Shown: piece by piece, positions 12,679-24,392 of the stretch
How positions within the stretch are numbered: the stretch's first letter is position 1
Layout: the number at the start of each line of letters is the position of its first letter
NCBI GenBank assembly: GCA_965153455.1
Contig: OZ234493.1
Location: 29,130,213-29,194,212, forward strand
Reading direction: 5' to 3'
Length of the DNA stretch: 64,000 bases
Source of the DNA: Sphagnum compactum
Taxonomy: Eukaryota
Made by a program: the position numbers and the translations under genes
The notes under the pieces: model-generated
What the model saw: only the letters and a program-made list of their open reading frames with translations
Databases searched by the model: none
What the model was told of the DNA's origin: nothing

Positions 12679-12861
12679 CTCTCAGCTATGGTTTTTTTTT
12701 TGTGTAGGGAGAGGAATAGTTTTTTGGGAATTTATAAAGCATTTTGGAAAAAATCCCTTTTTCTTTTGGCTCTCAGCTATGGTTTTTTTTTTTTTGTAGG
12801 GAGAGGAATAGTTTCTTGGGAATTTATAAAGCATTTTGGAAAAAATCCCTTTTTCTTTTGG
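12679..12861. repeat. Recent tandem duplication, 2 x ~91 bp, upstream of NTMC2T5. A second ~45-bp duplication follows at ~12875 and ~12957
   Basis: 'ctctcagctatggttttt...gggagaggaatagttt..tgggaatttataaagcattttggaaaaaatcccttttt cttttgg' starts at 12679 and at 12770. 'ccatgaagttgcatgggt..ggtgggttcacaaagt' occurs twice. Confidence 0.9.
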
Positions 12862-13399
12862 GTGGGCTTAATCCCATGAAGTTGCATGGGTATGGGGTGG
12901 GTTCACAAAGTCTATAACCCACTCTTGAGTCGAGTATAACCCACTCTCCATTAATACCATGAAGTTGCATGGGTGTGGTGGGTTCACAAAGTAACCCACT
13001 TTTAATCTGATGAAAACTTGCAAATCGATAATAAAACAAAACACCCAAAAAAAGAAAGGGGGGGGGAAAAAAGGTACAAGATGGAAGGACCCAAGTCCTA
13101 TCCAAAAAAAAAAAAAAAAACCACCAATGGGGGCAAACCCCAAAGGGAACATGAACAAATCAAGTACTCAAACCCCCTAGGTGCAAGGAGCATATGAAAT
13201 AAGGAGAGGGGAGGAACACTTGAAAAAATAATTAGCGTAGAAGAACCTTCACCTATAGTAACAACATGCTTGGAAATAGAGGACACCCGTGCTTGTTGCA
13301 ACACCACCCACACCTTTTGCTTGTAAAATGAACACAAAACCAAAAAAGGAAGGTCTTTAGAGCCCTTCACATTTCATGTCATGTTGACACATCAATAAA

Positions 13400-16350
13400 A
13401 AAAGTTGTCGAAGACTTTTATGACTAGAAAAAAAAATTGATTCAACAGGTATCGATCACGATAAAAACATTCCTTAAGGCTTAACCTAAATTGCAACTAT
13501 AACAGCAATCCCATGAGATCAAATTGTCTATGAAAACAAATATGCTCGAATAAGGTTAACAATGACGATGTCAACCAACATTCGGATGCCATCCACCAAA
13601 ACCACAATGTCAACCCACCAATGCATAGACTAAAAAGTATGCAACAAAAGAATTTGAGTTTATTCACATAAAACATAAAATCTCACATCCCTTGCGATAG
13701 ATGCAAAAACATCTTGCATAACATCATGTGAAGTTGTTCTATCCTCACCATGGGTGCAACAAAGAAGGTGAATCCCCATAGGGTCCAAAGGTTGATCACA
13801 AATGCAATGTGAAAAACCAAAGGTTAAAAGATAGGGGAGGCCTAACCAAGTGAGCAACATAATGGAAAAAGCCTTTAAAATCAATTGAAAAAATATGGAT
13901 CTTTATGTGGGCAAACAACCATGCATTCACACTTGGCCTCGCACAAGATTTCAACACACCAAATGCAAATCAAAAGGCAAATCGAAAATGATGTTGAAAA
14001 AAGAACGGTCATGCAATCTCTCTAAAATATTCTCCTAAAGTCAATATGCTCCTCTCTACCAATTATTCAAAAGGGGGCATGCACGCCATCGCCATTAGGG
14101 GAAGAAGCTCTCGCGCCAACTTCAAATGGACCTAAAAGGATAGTGAACATGAGTTATTTGTTCTTATTACCTCCAATAAGAACGGGTGAAAGTTCAATAA
14201 AAACCTAAAGGCAATGACGGGACAACTAAAGCCCAACTCCCTAAATAAGCAGCTTGAACAATGCCTTCTCCAAAAATGAAGCCTAACCTTCCACTAAAAA
14301 TGGGGAGACAAATTTGCCATTGGATTAAGGGAGCTTAAGGGCATTCAAAAGAACTCGGGCCCGAAAGCCTTTCAAAACTTCCCAACAAAACCAAATCAAA
14401 AATGGCAAGTTAGAACTAAAAACCCAAAAGAAGGAGAAGCAACGGAATAGATAGGAAAACCTTTTAATGAAACACTAAAAGAGAATCCCAAATGCTACTT
14501 GGACATCCCCTAACTTTGAAAGCACATCACCATGACGAACATCCTCATCCAAAACTTCTCGCAAAAAGAATGAAAAAAAAGAACCAGAACCAAAAAGGAC
14601 ACCCAAGATCTTAATGTCATAACTCGGGGAACAAAAATTAATTGGGAAGTTGAATCTAAGAAACAAACTAAAAGGAGCCTAATCCAAACACTTATGAAAC
14701 TAAACAACCAACTTCATAAAATCCAACTAGGAAACAAAATGATCATAAGCAAAGAGAACCACATGGGTAGGGCCAAGGACATGGGTGTCATGATCAACCA
14801 AGGAAGGGAAAAGACACAAGGGAAAAATGTTTGAAAATAACACAAAAATAAGCAATCGCAAAAAAATGCCCAACAAGGGGGTCGCCCTAAAAAATGCCCA
14901 TAAATGAAAATACGATAAACAAATCTCCCGAAAGGGAATGATGACTAAAGAACAAAGGAAACTAAAAGGCATAAAAAGAATTAACAAAAGGGAAAAGATG
15001 AAACAACTAGCCTCTTGTTGTTTGAAACTTCTAAAAAATGGCCTTACACAAGATGGTGTTGAAGTCATTTGCTACATCCACCTAAAGCACCACACAATCA
15101 GGGTGGACATCCAAAGCAGCTTGAATACTATGGACCATTGCTTCACAACCACCCTTAACTTCCATGTTGAACTAATGTGGTGACAAATGAAAAGAAAACA
15201 CATTGTGAAAGTCTAAACATAAATTCTTGTTAAGCAACTGATAAAATGTTTCACTCACTACAATTAGTTAAATGCCACCTAAGGGTTTGACCAAAACTAG
15301 AAGCCTAGTAGCACCAAGAATGTGGGCCACAAATTATGGGATGCGGCCAACAACCACATGGGAATTCAACTAATGAAGTTGAATGAAATAACTAGTTGAA
15401 TCCTCAAGGTCAAAAATCCCAAAAATGCACAAAGACCATGCTTAATAAACAACTTGCTAACAAATGGGACATGTACAAAAAAAATTGACCTAAAAGAATC
15501 CATGGAAAGTTTCACATTTGTGTCCAGCTGAAAATCCATCAAAGAATTTAAATTCGAAAGATGTTGGGCTTATAAAGCACAAATTGTTTTTAATGACACT
15601 AAAGCTAAAGCAAAAGGGGCAAGATCCTTATCTGCATGTGCAAACTCCCTAACATGTATGAAGATTAGGCTTTATCCTAACCAATACGAAGGGGGCACAA
15701 CATGAGCAGAAATTTAAAAAGGCCAAGTTGCGAACAAAGTTCAGTTTGAAAACAAAGCCACTGCAAGCACTTGCACTTGAAAAAAATGTTTTACCTGAAG
15801 TTCCTCCTAATCCCCAAATAAAAATTGTCAAAGGCACACCCTAATCTCCCTATGCCTAGTTGTTTCATCATGAGGAGGAAGGACAAGACACTATTAAAGG
15901 AACAATATGAATAGATGCCAAGCAGTCACATCAAACAGGTTATGAATAAGCTAATTTAGAAGAAGGTGAAAAGCAACATGCATCTCTCAACAAAAAATAA
16001 AAGAAATGCACACATATAGTTGAGGTTGAATAAGACCCAAATGGAAGGCACTAAAAGGATCTAATGCAAAAATTGAAGCTTAAGTTGTTGCAAAGGGACA
16101 AGAGGCTAAAAGGGTGGCCAAGGAGTTGGCAGTTTTATTAAAATGTAAAGTTTGAAAAACTTAACAATGCCTTTAATGACAAGCCATGCCACACTGCGAA
16201 AGCAAAATGTCACAACTAGAACAAAGGACGTTGCATTGAACCCTACTCCTACCCCCGAGGGACAACTAATTGCACACCCAAACTAGAAACAAGTGGAAGC
16301 TCAAGAGCTGAAAGAAGCCCAACTACCCTAAAAAAATCCACATGTCCAAA
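13400..16350 (-). mobile_element. Decayed CRE-like non-LTR retrotransposon (RT + CCHC knuckle + RLE region), many stops and frameshifts
   Basis: Minus-strand remnants include 'HQFNMEVKGGCEAMVHSIQAALDVHPDCVVL*VDVANDFNTI' (RT, ~15055-15180), 'LFPSLVD.DTHVLGP' (catalytic DD region), 'IKILGVLFG', and 'CICDQPLDPMGIHLLCCTHGEDRTTSHDVMQD' (C-x-C...H...C, RHD-like). The outer boundaries are approximate. Confidence 0.75.
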
Positions 16351-18285
16351 AAACAAAAAAAAAACCTAAAACCACCCAAGGGGCAGCCCCACTAAAAACT
16401 AATTAATTAATTAATTAGGGCAAAACCCTCTGCAACATTATGGCCGAAAGGTCTCAACAAATCCTATTATCATGAAAAAAAATCCAATATTCCATGACCA
16501 TTCTAAAATGAAAAAGGCATTAATTCTCCCAAATCCAAGTCTTTGTAACTAGGTTTGGTGAAACCATCCCATGGTGATCGTCCTTCCTTGATTGTCATCA
16601 TGTGAATGTTAGATATATTTTCACAATGAGCACTTGAAACAATGCCAACGACTTTGTGATAGTTTTGAGGCATTGGACAACACAAGTGCAATTAAGCTTT
16701 TCACAATTGTTGCAAGCATCTTTGTAATGTTTGTGCTTAATAAAAACACTTGCTTGCAAGAAGCTAGAAGAAGTGTATATATGAATCAAACTCCAAGGTC
16801 TTCTTTTGAAATCTTGAAACATGTGAAAATACCATCTCATCTTTTTTTAACTTGTTTTCCTAAAGGGTTTTTGTTGTAAAATAATCTATAATTCAATTAG
16901 ATGTTGATTACATAATAGAAAATCTATTTTTTTATAGTTCAAGAACACTCTTGTGGTCAAGAACTTTACAAAATCATAATTCACATTTACTTGTCCTAGT
17001 TGTAAAGCAACCAACATGTTTCAACAAGCTAAAGATATACACACTTACATAACCTATAGCAAAGAAGTAAATTGTGAACGTGATTTTTCATTGGTTTGCA
17101 AGTTGGAAGCTAAAATGGCATTGTTATGTATGTGTCCATGATTGATGTCAATTTTTCTTCTCAAGTGTTGCATTTGAAAGGATATGTTTGCATTGGGCCA
17201 ATTCCATTGATCTTACATGTCAATTACACTTAACCTATGGCTTGTAGTCTACTCACAGCTTGCACTAGGCCAAAGTCAATGGAGCATTTATTGTGAATGC
17301 AACAAGAGTGTTGAAATTTTTTCCAAAATATGATGGTGAAGTTGTCATGAATGAAAATGAGGAAGGGTAAATTCAAAGATAAAAGGATCCAACAATGTGC
17401 CATGATGAGTCTTAAAAATAGTTCGGAGATATTAAGGTGACAACCCACCATTGACTACACCATGTTTAAATTATGCTAAAACAACGATAAAATGGTAGTA
17501 TTTTGATTCATTGGTTATAATCCTTTAAAAAATCATATTTTATATTTGTCAAATTATTGTCAAATTTATCCACAAATGGTACATTCATATATTGTAAGTT
17601 CATTGTTATATAAACATAACACACATTTTAACATGTGATGTAAAAAATCCAATAAACCATTAAAACCTAAGCATGACCTCCTTCATGATTACAAATGTAC
17701 CCATAGGTCCTTATAGTTGAGGCATATACGAAGATTCAATCTTTTGATCTTTTGATCTTTTGAAAAATTATCTAATAATGAGAATCTTGATAATGTGGTT
17801 TGATTTTTTTCTAATATGTAGTTGTATTATTATTATTCTTTTTTTTAATTTTTCACTTACATGGATGTGTTTTCCATGTGCTAGTTGAGTTGTGAAATCT
17901 ATTCTAGATTTTTTTAATTTGAGATTTTTGAAAACCTTTGAAACATTGTTTACATACATTTGGAAAACCCTGCATCACCAATCCATGAGTTTTTTTTGCA
18001 GTTAGACAATGTTTTTTTAATCAATACATATTTCACATATTTCTTGAAGTGCTTTCACAAATATGGACATGGGTGAAATGAGCTTGTAGAAGCCAAAAAA
18101 ATGTCAAGGCACAATGAAAATTGCAAATTGTGATAAATGTGATAATGTTCTAAATTATGAAAAGCATTCCAAGTTGTGTTTAATGATTAATTTGAGTGTT
18201 AAAAATTTCAAAATAAAAATTGATTTAATCCAATTTCAGGTTTTGTTTTAGTTAAGGACTTTTTGAAATTAACCAATTGGTGCAC

Positions 18286-18482
18286 TATAATGCATAGTTA
18301 TGACATTCTTGGTGCGAGAATGTTATGGAAGCCCAAAGAAGCAAGAATTTTAAAGAATTTTATAGATCAACCAGTGTAATTTGGTAAACATTCGCGGGTA
18401 AAGAATGTTATGACAAGGTGCTAAATGAAGAATTTTAAAGAATTTTAATGTGCAAAATGAAGAATGTCATCACTAGGCTATA
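18286..18482. mobile_element. Small MITE with ~23-bp imperfect TIRs
   Basis: The left end 'tataatgcatagttatgacattctt' matches the reverse complement of the right end, 'tatagcctagtgatgacattctt'. 'aagaattttaaagaattt' is repeated internally. Confidence 0.6.
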
Positions 18483-18699
18483 ATGTTCATTTTGTAAAAG
18501 GTCCTTTAGTTTTCTTAATTCAAACATGTTGATAGTAAAAAATAAAATTCACTTAATAAGAAATTACAAATCACATTCAACAACCACTAATTTTTAATGT
18601 GTAATTTGGTTTTTTCATTAATACATTTCAATTTTGTCTGTCAAAATTTCAAAAGTCTTATCACATCAATATGGGGTACAACATAAATGATGTATAAGG

Positions 18700-21600
18700 T
18701 CAAGCTATAGTTTACAATAATAGGAATTGAACCATGAAATCTAAGATATTTTCTGAAACAATCACAACCATTATAAGAATAATTGACATGATTTGCAAAT
18801 ACACAATGTTGTTACAAATTTGCAACAACACATATTGCTTTTGTTTACAAGCCTTGCATGTAACATATGAAAAGAAATAAAATGGCCACCTTTGTAGTTT
18901 CATCATCCTAATCTACAAATATTACAATTCAATCAATCTACAAGTTGAACTAACTTGAAGAACAACTTGTTGCACCAAAATTATTGTTTGCACAATTGTA
19001 CCAATTACAAGATTTTGATTAGTACAAATCCAAGGTGTCATCATTAATACTCTTACAAACAAAAAACAAGTACAAGAATTATTGCTTCACATTCTCAATG
19101 ACAATGTCACCATAGATGTAAGCTTTTCATTGATGTTTGTATTACCCCTTTGTTAGCACACATACAAATTCGACCTAATTAGAACATAATGTTTGAAAAT
19201 ATGGCATTAAACCAACATGATGATTTAGAAACTAACTCTAAACACATCAACAATATCTTGCACAATGACCTAAGTTTTGCCAACTTTGAAGAAGTTATAA
19301 AGACATGTCCAATAAACACATTACTCCAAAAGTTTCCTTAAATTACCAAATAAATACAAGTTACAATGTCATATTACATCACAATTGCAATTGCAATTAT
19401 GATGTACCAAGAAATTGCCCAAATTTACAAAAAATGACAAGGAAAAATTGCAAATTTACATAACATATCAAAAACATTTTCTTCCAAATTCACATCAATA
19501 TATATTCGACTAATTTCATTTTTTCATGTCAACATCTTGGATATGGATTAAAAAATGCACAACTACATAGGCATACTCTCAACACAAAAGGTGTGACAAA
19601 CATGCCTAACTTAGATAAAAATATTGTATTATAATATTAGATATCATGGCTTCCAATGCATTTGCAACATCATTTGATTATATGGAACAACTTTGTAAAA
19701 ACCTATTTGCCATGAGGTCCAACCACGCTATTAGGAGCCACACATGCCCTCTTAGACCATTATTTTATTCTTAGAATATTTTTAAAATATTTTTAATACG
19801 TATTTCAAAAACATTAAAAATCTTTAAATTTTTCTTAATACTATTATGTTAAGGTGCATATTAAAAAATATCCCAAAATATGGACCATTAAAAAATATTT
19901 TCAAATTGTGCTTTTAGTGTCAAAACTGTTTTTAAGCTGCTTTTATGTAATTTTTAAGTAGTGGTTACAGTTGTTTTTGGTACATGTTAGTATGATTGCA
20001 CCCCATGATACAATAATTAGGACCTCTTACATTTTTATTTTTTTTGTCACCTTCACCTTTGTAAAACAAAAATGGCTACTCTTATTTCAAATATTCCAAA
20101 AATTAAAATATATTTCCATGAAATTGAAAACATTTTGTAATTAGACAATAAAGCCTTAATTAACTTTATCCATGATAATTGGATAGTTGTAAGTTAGGGT
20201 GGATCATTTTTGACACATACAACACTCCATATAAATTTATTTTACAATGTTAAACTTGTAGTTTATTAATGGTATCATTGGTTAAATGTGGATTATGTGG
20301 TGAAAATTGAACACATTTAAGCTACCAAAAGAGTCATCCAACTAAACACATTTTTTAAGACACATGTTAAGAGGTCAAGGGGGGAAGGGGGGGGGGGGGG
20401 GGGGATCCAATAAAAAATAATTGAATTAAAGATTTTTGAAAAAAAATTCAAATTAAATCATTCAAAAGTTCATAATTTTTTTTGTTAAGGTTTTTCTAAC
20501 AAAGTCTTTGGATCTAAGTTTCATTTATTTAATGCATCATATAATGAATTCCTATAACACATTTGGAATGAAATTGATAATACAAATGTTTTTATATGGA
20601 AGTGTAGGATGCCATAACTATTCATATGTTGTCTCCTTCAAAAGTTCATTAATGTATGTTTGATGTACATTTTTGCATAATATTATTATGTATGTGTTCA
20701 ACTCTAGGTTGACAATCCAAAAGCACTTGAAAAAGCTACATATTGCTAATTTTACTAAATGTTTATTGCATCTCAATAGATTACACCTTATATAAAACTT
20801 CAATGCAATGCAAAAGATGAACCACTCTAACTTGCATCTACCCAATTAAATCACATGTGCTTAATATTACATTCATCAAATAACATGTTTCCACAAACTC
20901 AACTAAAAGATTCCACACTACTTGGAAAAACAATGGATTATCATTTCCATATAAAATTCCAAAATCATGGCAGTAGATAGGACTATGGTTAGCTTTAGGT
21001 AAAGATTACCCCCAAATATGGGGAAAATAACATTATCAAAATTGAGACATTCATCAATAAATACCTTAATTATGACATTAGTCTATTCCTTGAAAACTTT
21101 CATGAAGCCCAAACACATTGCCATACAAAAAATAACCATGCAATTTGTAGGTTTCATTTCCCTCACTTTCAAAATGTTCAAAACGACAATATTATATCTA
21201 ATATAAGAAGGTGTGATATTGTGTAAGAAAGCTTTTGAATTTTTAAATAAAATATTCACTACACTAAGAAAAATGGGCTTTGGATATGAATGGCAACACA
21301 ATAGTTCTTTGATAATTTGGCCATAAATGAAACTACTTACATTCATGCACTTCATTTCATAATAACACACCCTACTATCTTTCCCAAACAAAATCTTTCA
21401 AACATACATATGAGTGTTTCAATTGAAATCTGCAGTTTTGGTAAGCCAACACAAATTTACAATTCATTCTTGATCCCTAGGTGTTTCCATTGTACGATGT
21501 AGACAAAAAGTAGTCACAGTTTAACATTTTTCACTACAACATATTTTTTATGTGTTTCTATAAATATTTGAAGAGGGTTCTTTTGATGCAAATGTGCAAT

Positions 21601-21700
21601 TAAAGGTGGATAACATCCTAAATTGTCATAATGTTGTGAAATTGGTGCACATATCAATAATTCAATTGTTAATTGGAGTACATTTTTAATTTGCAACAAT
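18700..21700 (-). mobile_element. Highly decayed DNA transposon remnants, probably hAT-like
   Basis: AT-rich and CpG-depleted, with only fragmentary reading frames. The minus strand near 21300-21370 loosely recalls a hAT dimerization motif (W.KVHE...LAKL). Confidence 0.3.
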
Positions 21701-23355
21701 GTGTCACAAACACTATAATGTAAGGAAATGATTAAAAAATATTAATTTTAATGGGAATTTTTCCATAAAACTTTGCATATACAAAGAAACCACCATAATG
21801 AATAATCTTCCACATAAAAAAATTCAATTTCTTATAAAGTCAAAAAGTTTATATTAAATGATACAAAAATATTTAGTAGTACATTATGTTATTATAATGT
21901 TGATGATTATGATATTTTCAAGTTGTAAAATGTTCTTCCATTAAAGATGTAGTTGGGTTGAGTGTTGTCTTTATCATTCTACAAAAATAAAGTGAAAATT
22001 TAAAATGAATGGAAAATGGTATTCTATTATTAAATAGGGTGTTTTAAATAACATTTATGAAATTATTGACGTACATTTACATAAAGACACAATTAGGAAT
22101 CAATTTCATATTTATAGATTATGTAATTGAATTTATTTTTAAAACCCAAATCAATTTAATGTGATTTCTAGAAAAATTCAAAGTGGGTGAAATTTCATAT
22201 GTTACTACTTTTGATACTACATGTACTCCTAGTTTTAACATAAAGTGTGTACACTGTACCATGAAAACACCCCCCCTTATGTTATATCATCCTCCTACAC
22301 ATCCTACTTGACAAAAATAGGTAGGACTATAACAAATTAGTCGCAAAAAATATTAGACCAATTTGAAAATGAAAAGAATTCCTTACTCTTTAACAAGTAT
22401 GATAACTAAGTAATACCTCCTTCAATACGCAACAAAAGCTTGCGCAATTGGTCATTTATTTGATCCTTTCACACTCACTCCACCATTTATCTTGAATTGT
22501 ATTATTCTTGAATACATCACCACTTGAAGACAAAATTGTTGTGTTAAAACTTGAGTCTAAACTTTGTGCATTCTCTAAAGATGCCACCAACATAATGCAT
22601 GCTTCAAAAGTAAACAAATATGTGGCCGACATCTTTGTATAAGGAACATGTTCATTCATTGAATCCCAAGCAATGAGCTATATGCAATGATTGTTTCATA
22701 AAAAAACAAACACATCCACATAAGCCATTTCATCTACTCCTCACTCGTGAAGCAAGGACTAGGAAAACTTTCATGTTATTAGCCATCATTCAAGGTCTAT
22801 TAAGACACTAGACAACAACAACAACAAACCGACTGTTGATCCATTCAAATAGACCTTTAAAATGGCTTACACTGGAAAAGCCCTTTTCAGCATAGATGGT
22901 GCAACCCTTCACACTAGGCCTCTCAATTCTGTATGTCACACATAGTGAAAGTAAACCCCAAATGAGTCACTAAACTTATGACTCTATCACATGGAAAAAA
23001 TGGAAAAATGATATACCTCTTAAAATAAGACACAACTCCTTGTCAGACAAGGTTAGCCCGCATGTAGCGAATTCTTGGAGGTATAATGCTGATGTGTCAA
23101 TTTTTTATTTGTCTAGAGCAGAGCAGTCCAGGGGCAGTAGCCTCCAACCTTGTACACATAACTTCTGTTTAGACATTTTCAAGCTTCTGAATTGCCCTTA
23201 CATTGTCTCTCACAATCCAGAACTTCTCCCTCTCTTTTTTGGTCCATCTACAAGAAGGCTATGTACACATGAAGGAGGCTAAGAAACTTTTTGTCCATCT
23301 ATAAGAAGATTATGAAACTCTTCATCCACACACATGAAGGTTATCATCTACGATT

Positions 23356-23415
23356 GATAGCACTTATGGAGAGGGGGGCTACCCATTGGTAGCCCCCCTC
23401 TCCATAAATGCTATC
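23356..23415. repeat. Near-perfect 60-nt foldback: 28-bp arms (27/28 paired) and a 4-nt loop
   Basis: gatagcacttatggagaggggggctacc-catt-ggtagcccccctctccataaatgctatc. Confidence 0.95.
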
Positions 23416-24392
23416 TAGTCCATAGTTTGTGCCCCTTTTTCAAAATTCACTTGTTGGTATAACCTAGATTTTAATTTTTGCACATTTGAGGGGTTTACCA
23501 TTGGGGAGTGTGTTAGGGAGCCACATCTTTTCTATTTTAAAATGCACTCTCTCAACTACAAGAATTCAAATTCAAAACACACAAATGAATCACAAAACAA
23601 AACTTGATGTCAACCCACACCTCCTATTCCTTGATGTGCATGTTTTATTGTGTCACTTTGTCAATTTCAATATCGTTGGGCACCAATCTCATAGCACCAA
23701 CAAGTTTTCTCCAAGACACCTTTCACAACCACACTCAGATTTACTGCTCAGGAATTCAAGGTGTAACCACAGGCAAGAGCCATTATTACCAAATTGTACC
23801 TTTTGAACCTTTTTTTTCTAGTCTCCTTTCTCTACACATGATTTTGCATTGGTTGGTTTTTGGCGTCTTTTAAATTTGCAACAATAAAAGTTCTATTCAT
23901 TTCTTGTTTTACACATGGACTCTGAGCTTTGTGTATAATCTTATCCTCAAAGCAAAGATAGTTGCAAAGCAAAATTGTTTCAAAGCTGTCAAAGCACAAC
24001 AGCTTAAATCAACAAGATAACATTATTGTTCATGTCCAAGAAATTTTTTCTTAGTAATGTGAAGAAAAGATTCGTGAACAGAACGGTGTGTACAGGACAG
24101 AAGATCCACCTAAAATGCTTCTCACAATAGATTACCTTTTAGTGCTGATCAAGCAGTTTATGTCACATCACCATTACCATTGGATGGTTTACCACTAAAC
24201 TATCATTAGTAGGTAGCATCTAGAAAAATGAATTTCTTCTTTTTTCCCATGCCCTGGATACACCCCCTATACAGGTGTCAGTATATCAGTTGAAGCCAAG
24301 GGTAACCTGGAGTCTCACTAGATACACTGACAGAGAAGTCACTAGCCCATGAAACTGAAAAGTTCAGTTGATCTAATAAAGAGTATTTATAG

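Noticed and set aside
20379-20404. Poly-G run as a functional G-quadruplex
   Set aside because: It is a simple homopolymer inside TE debris with no supporting context.
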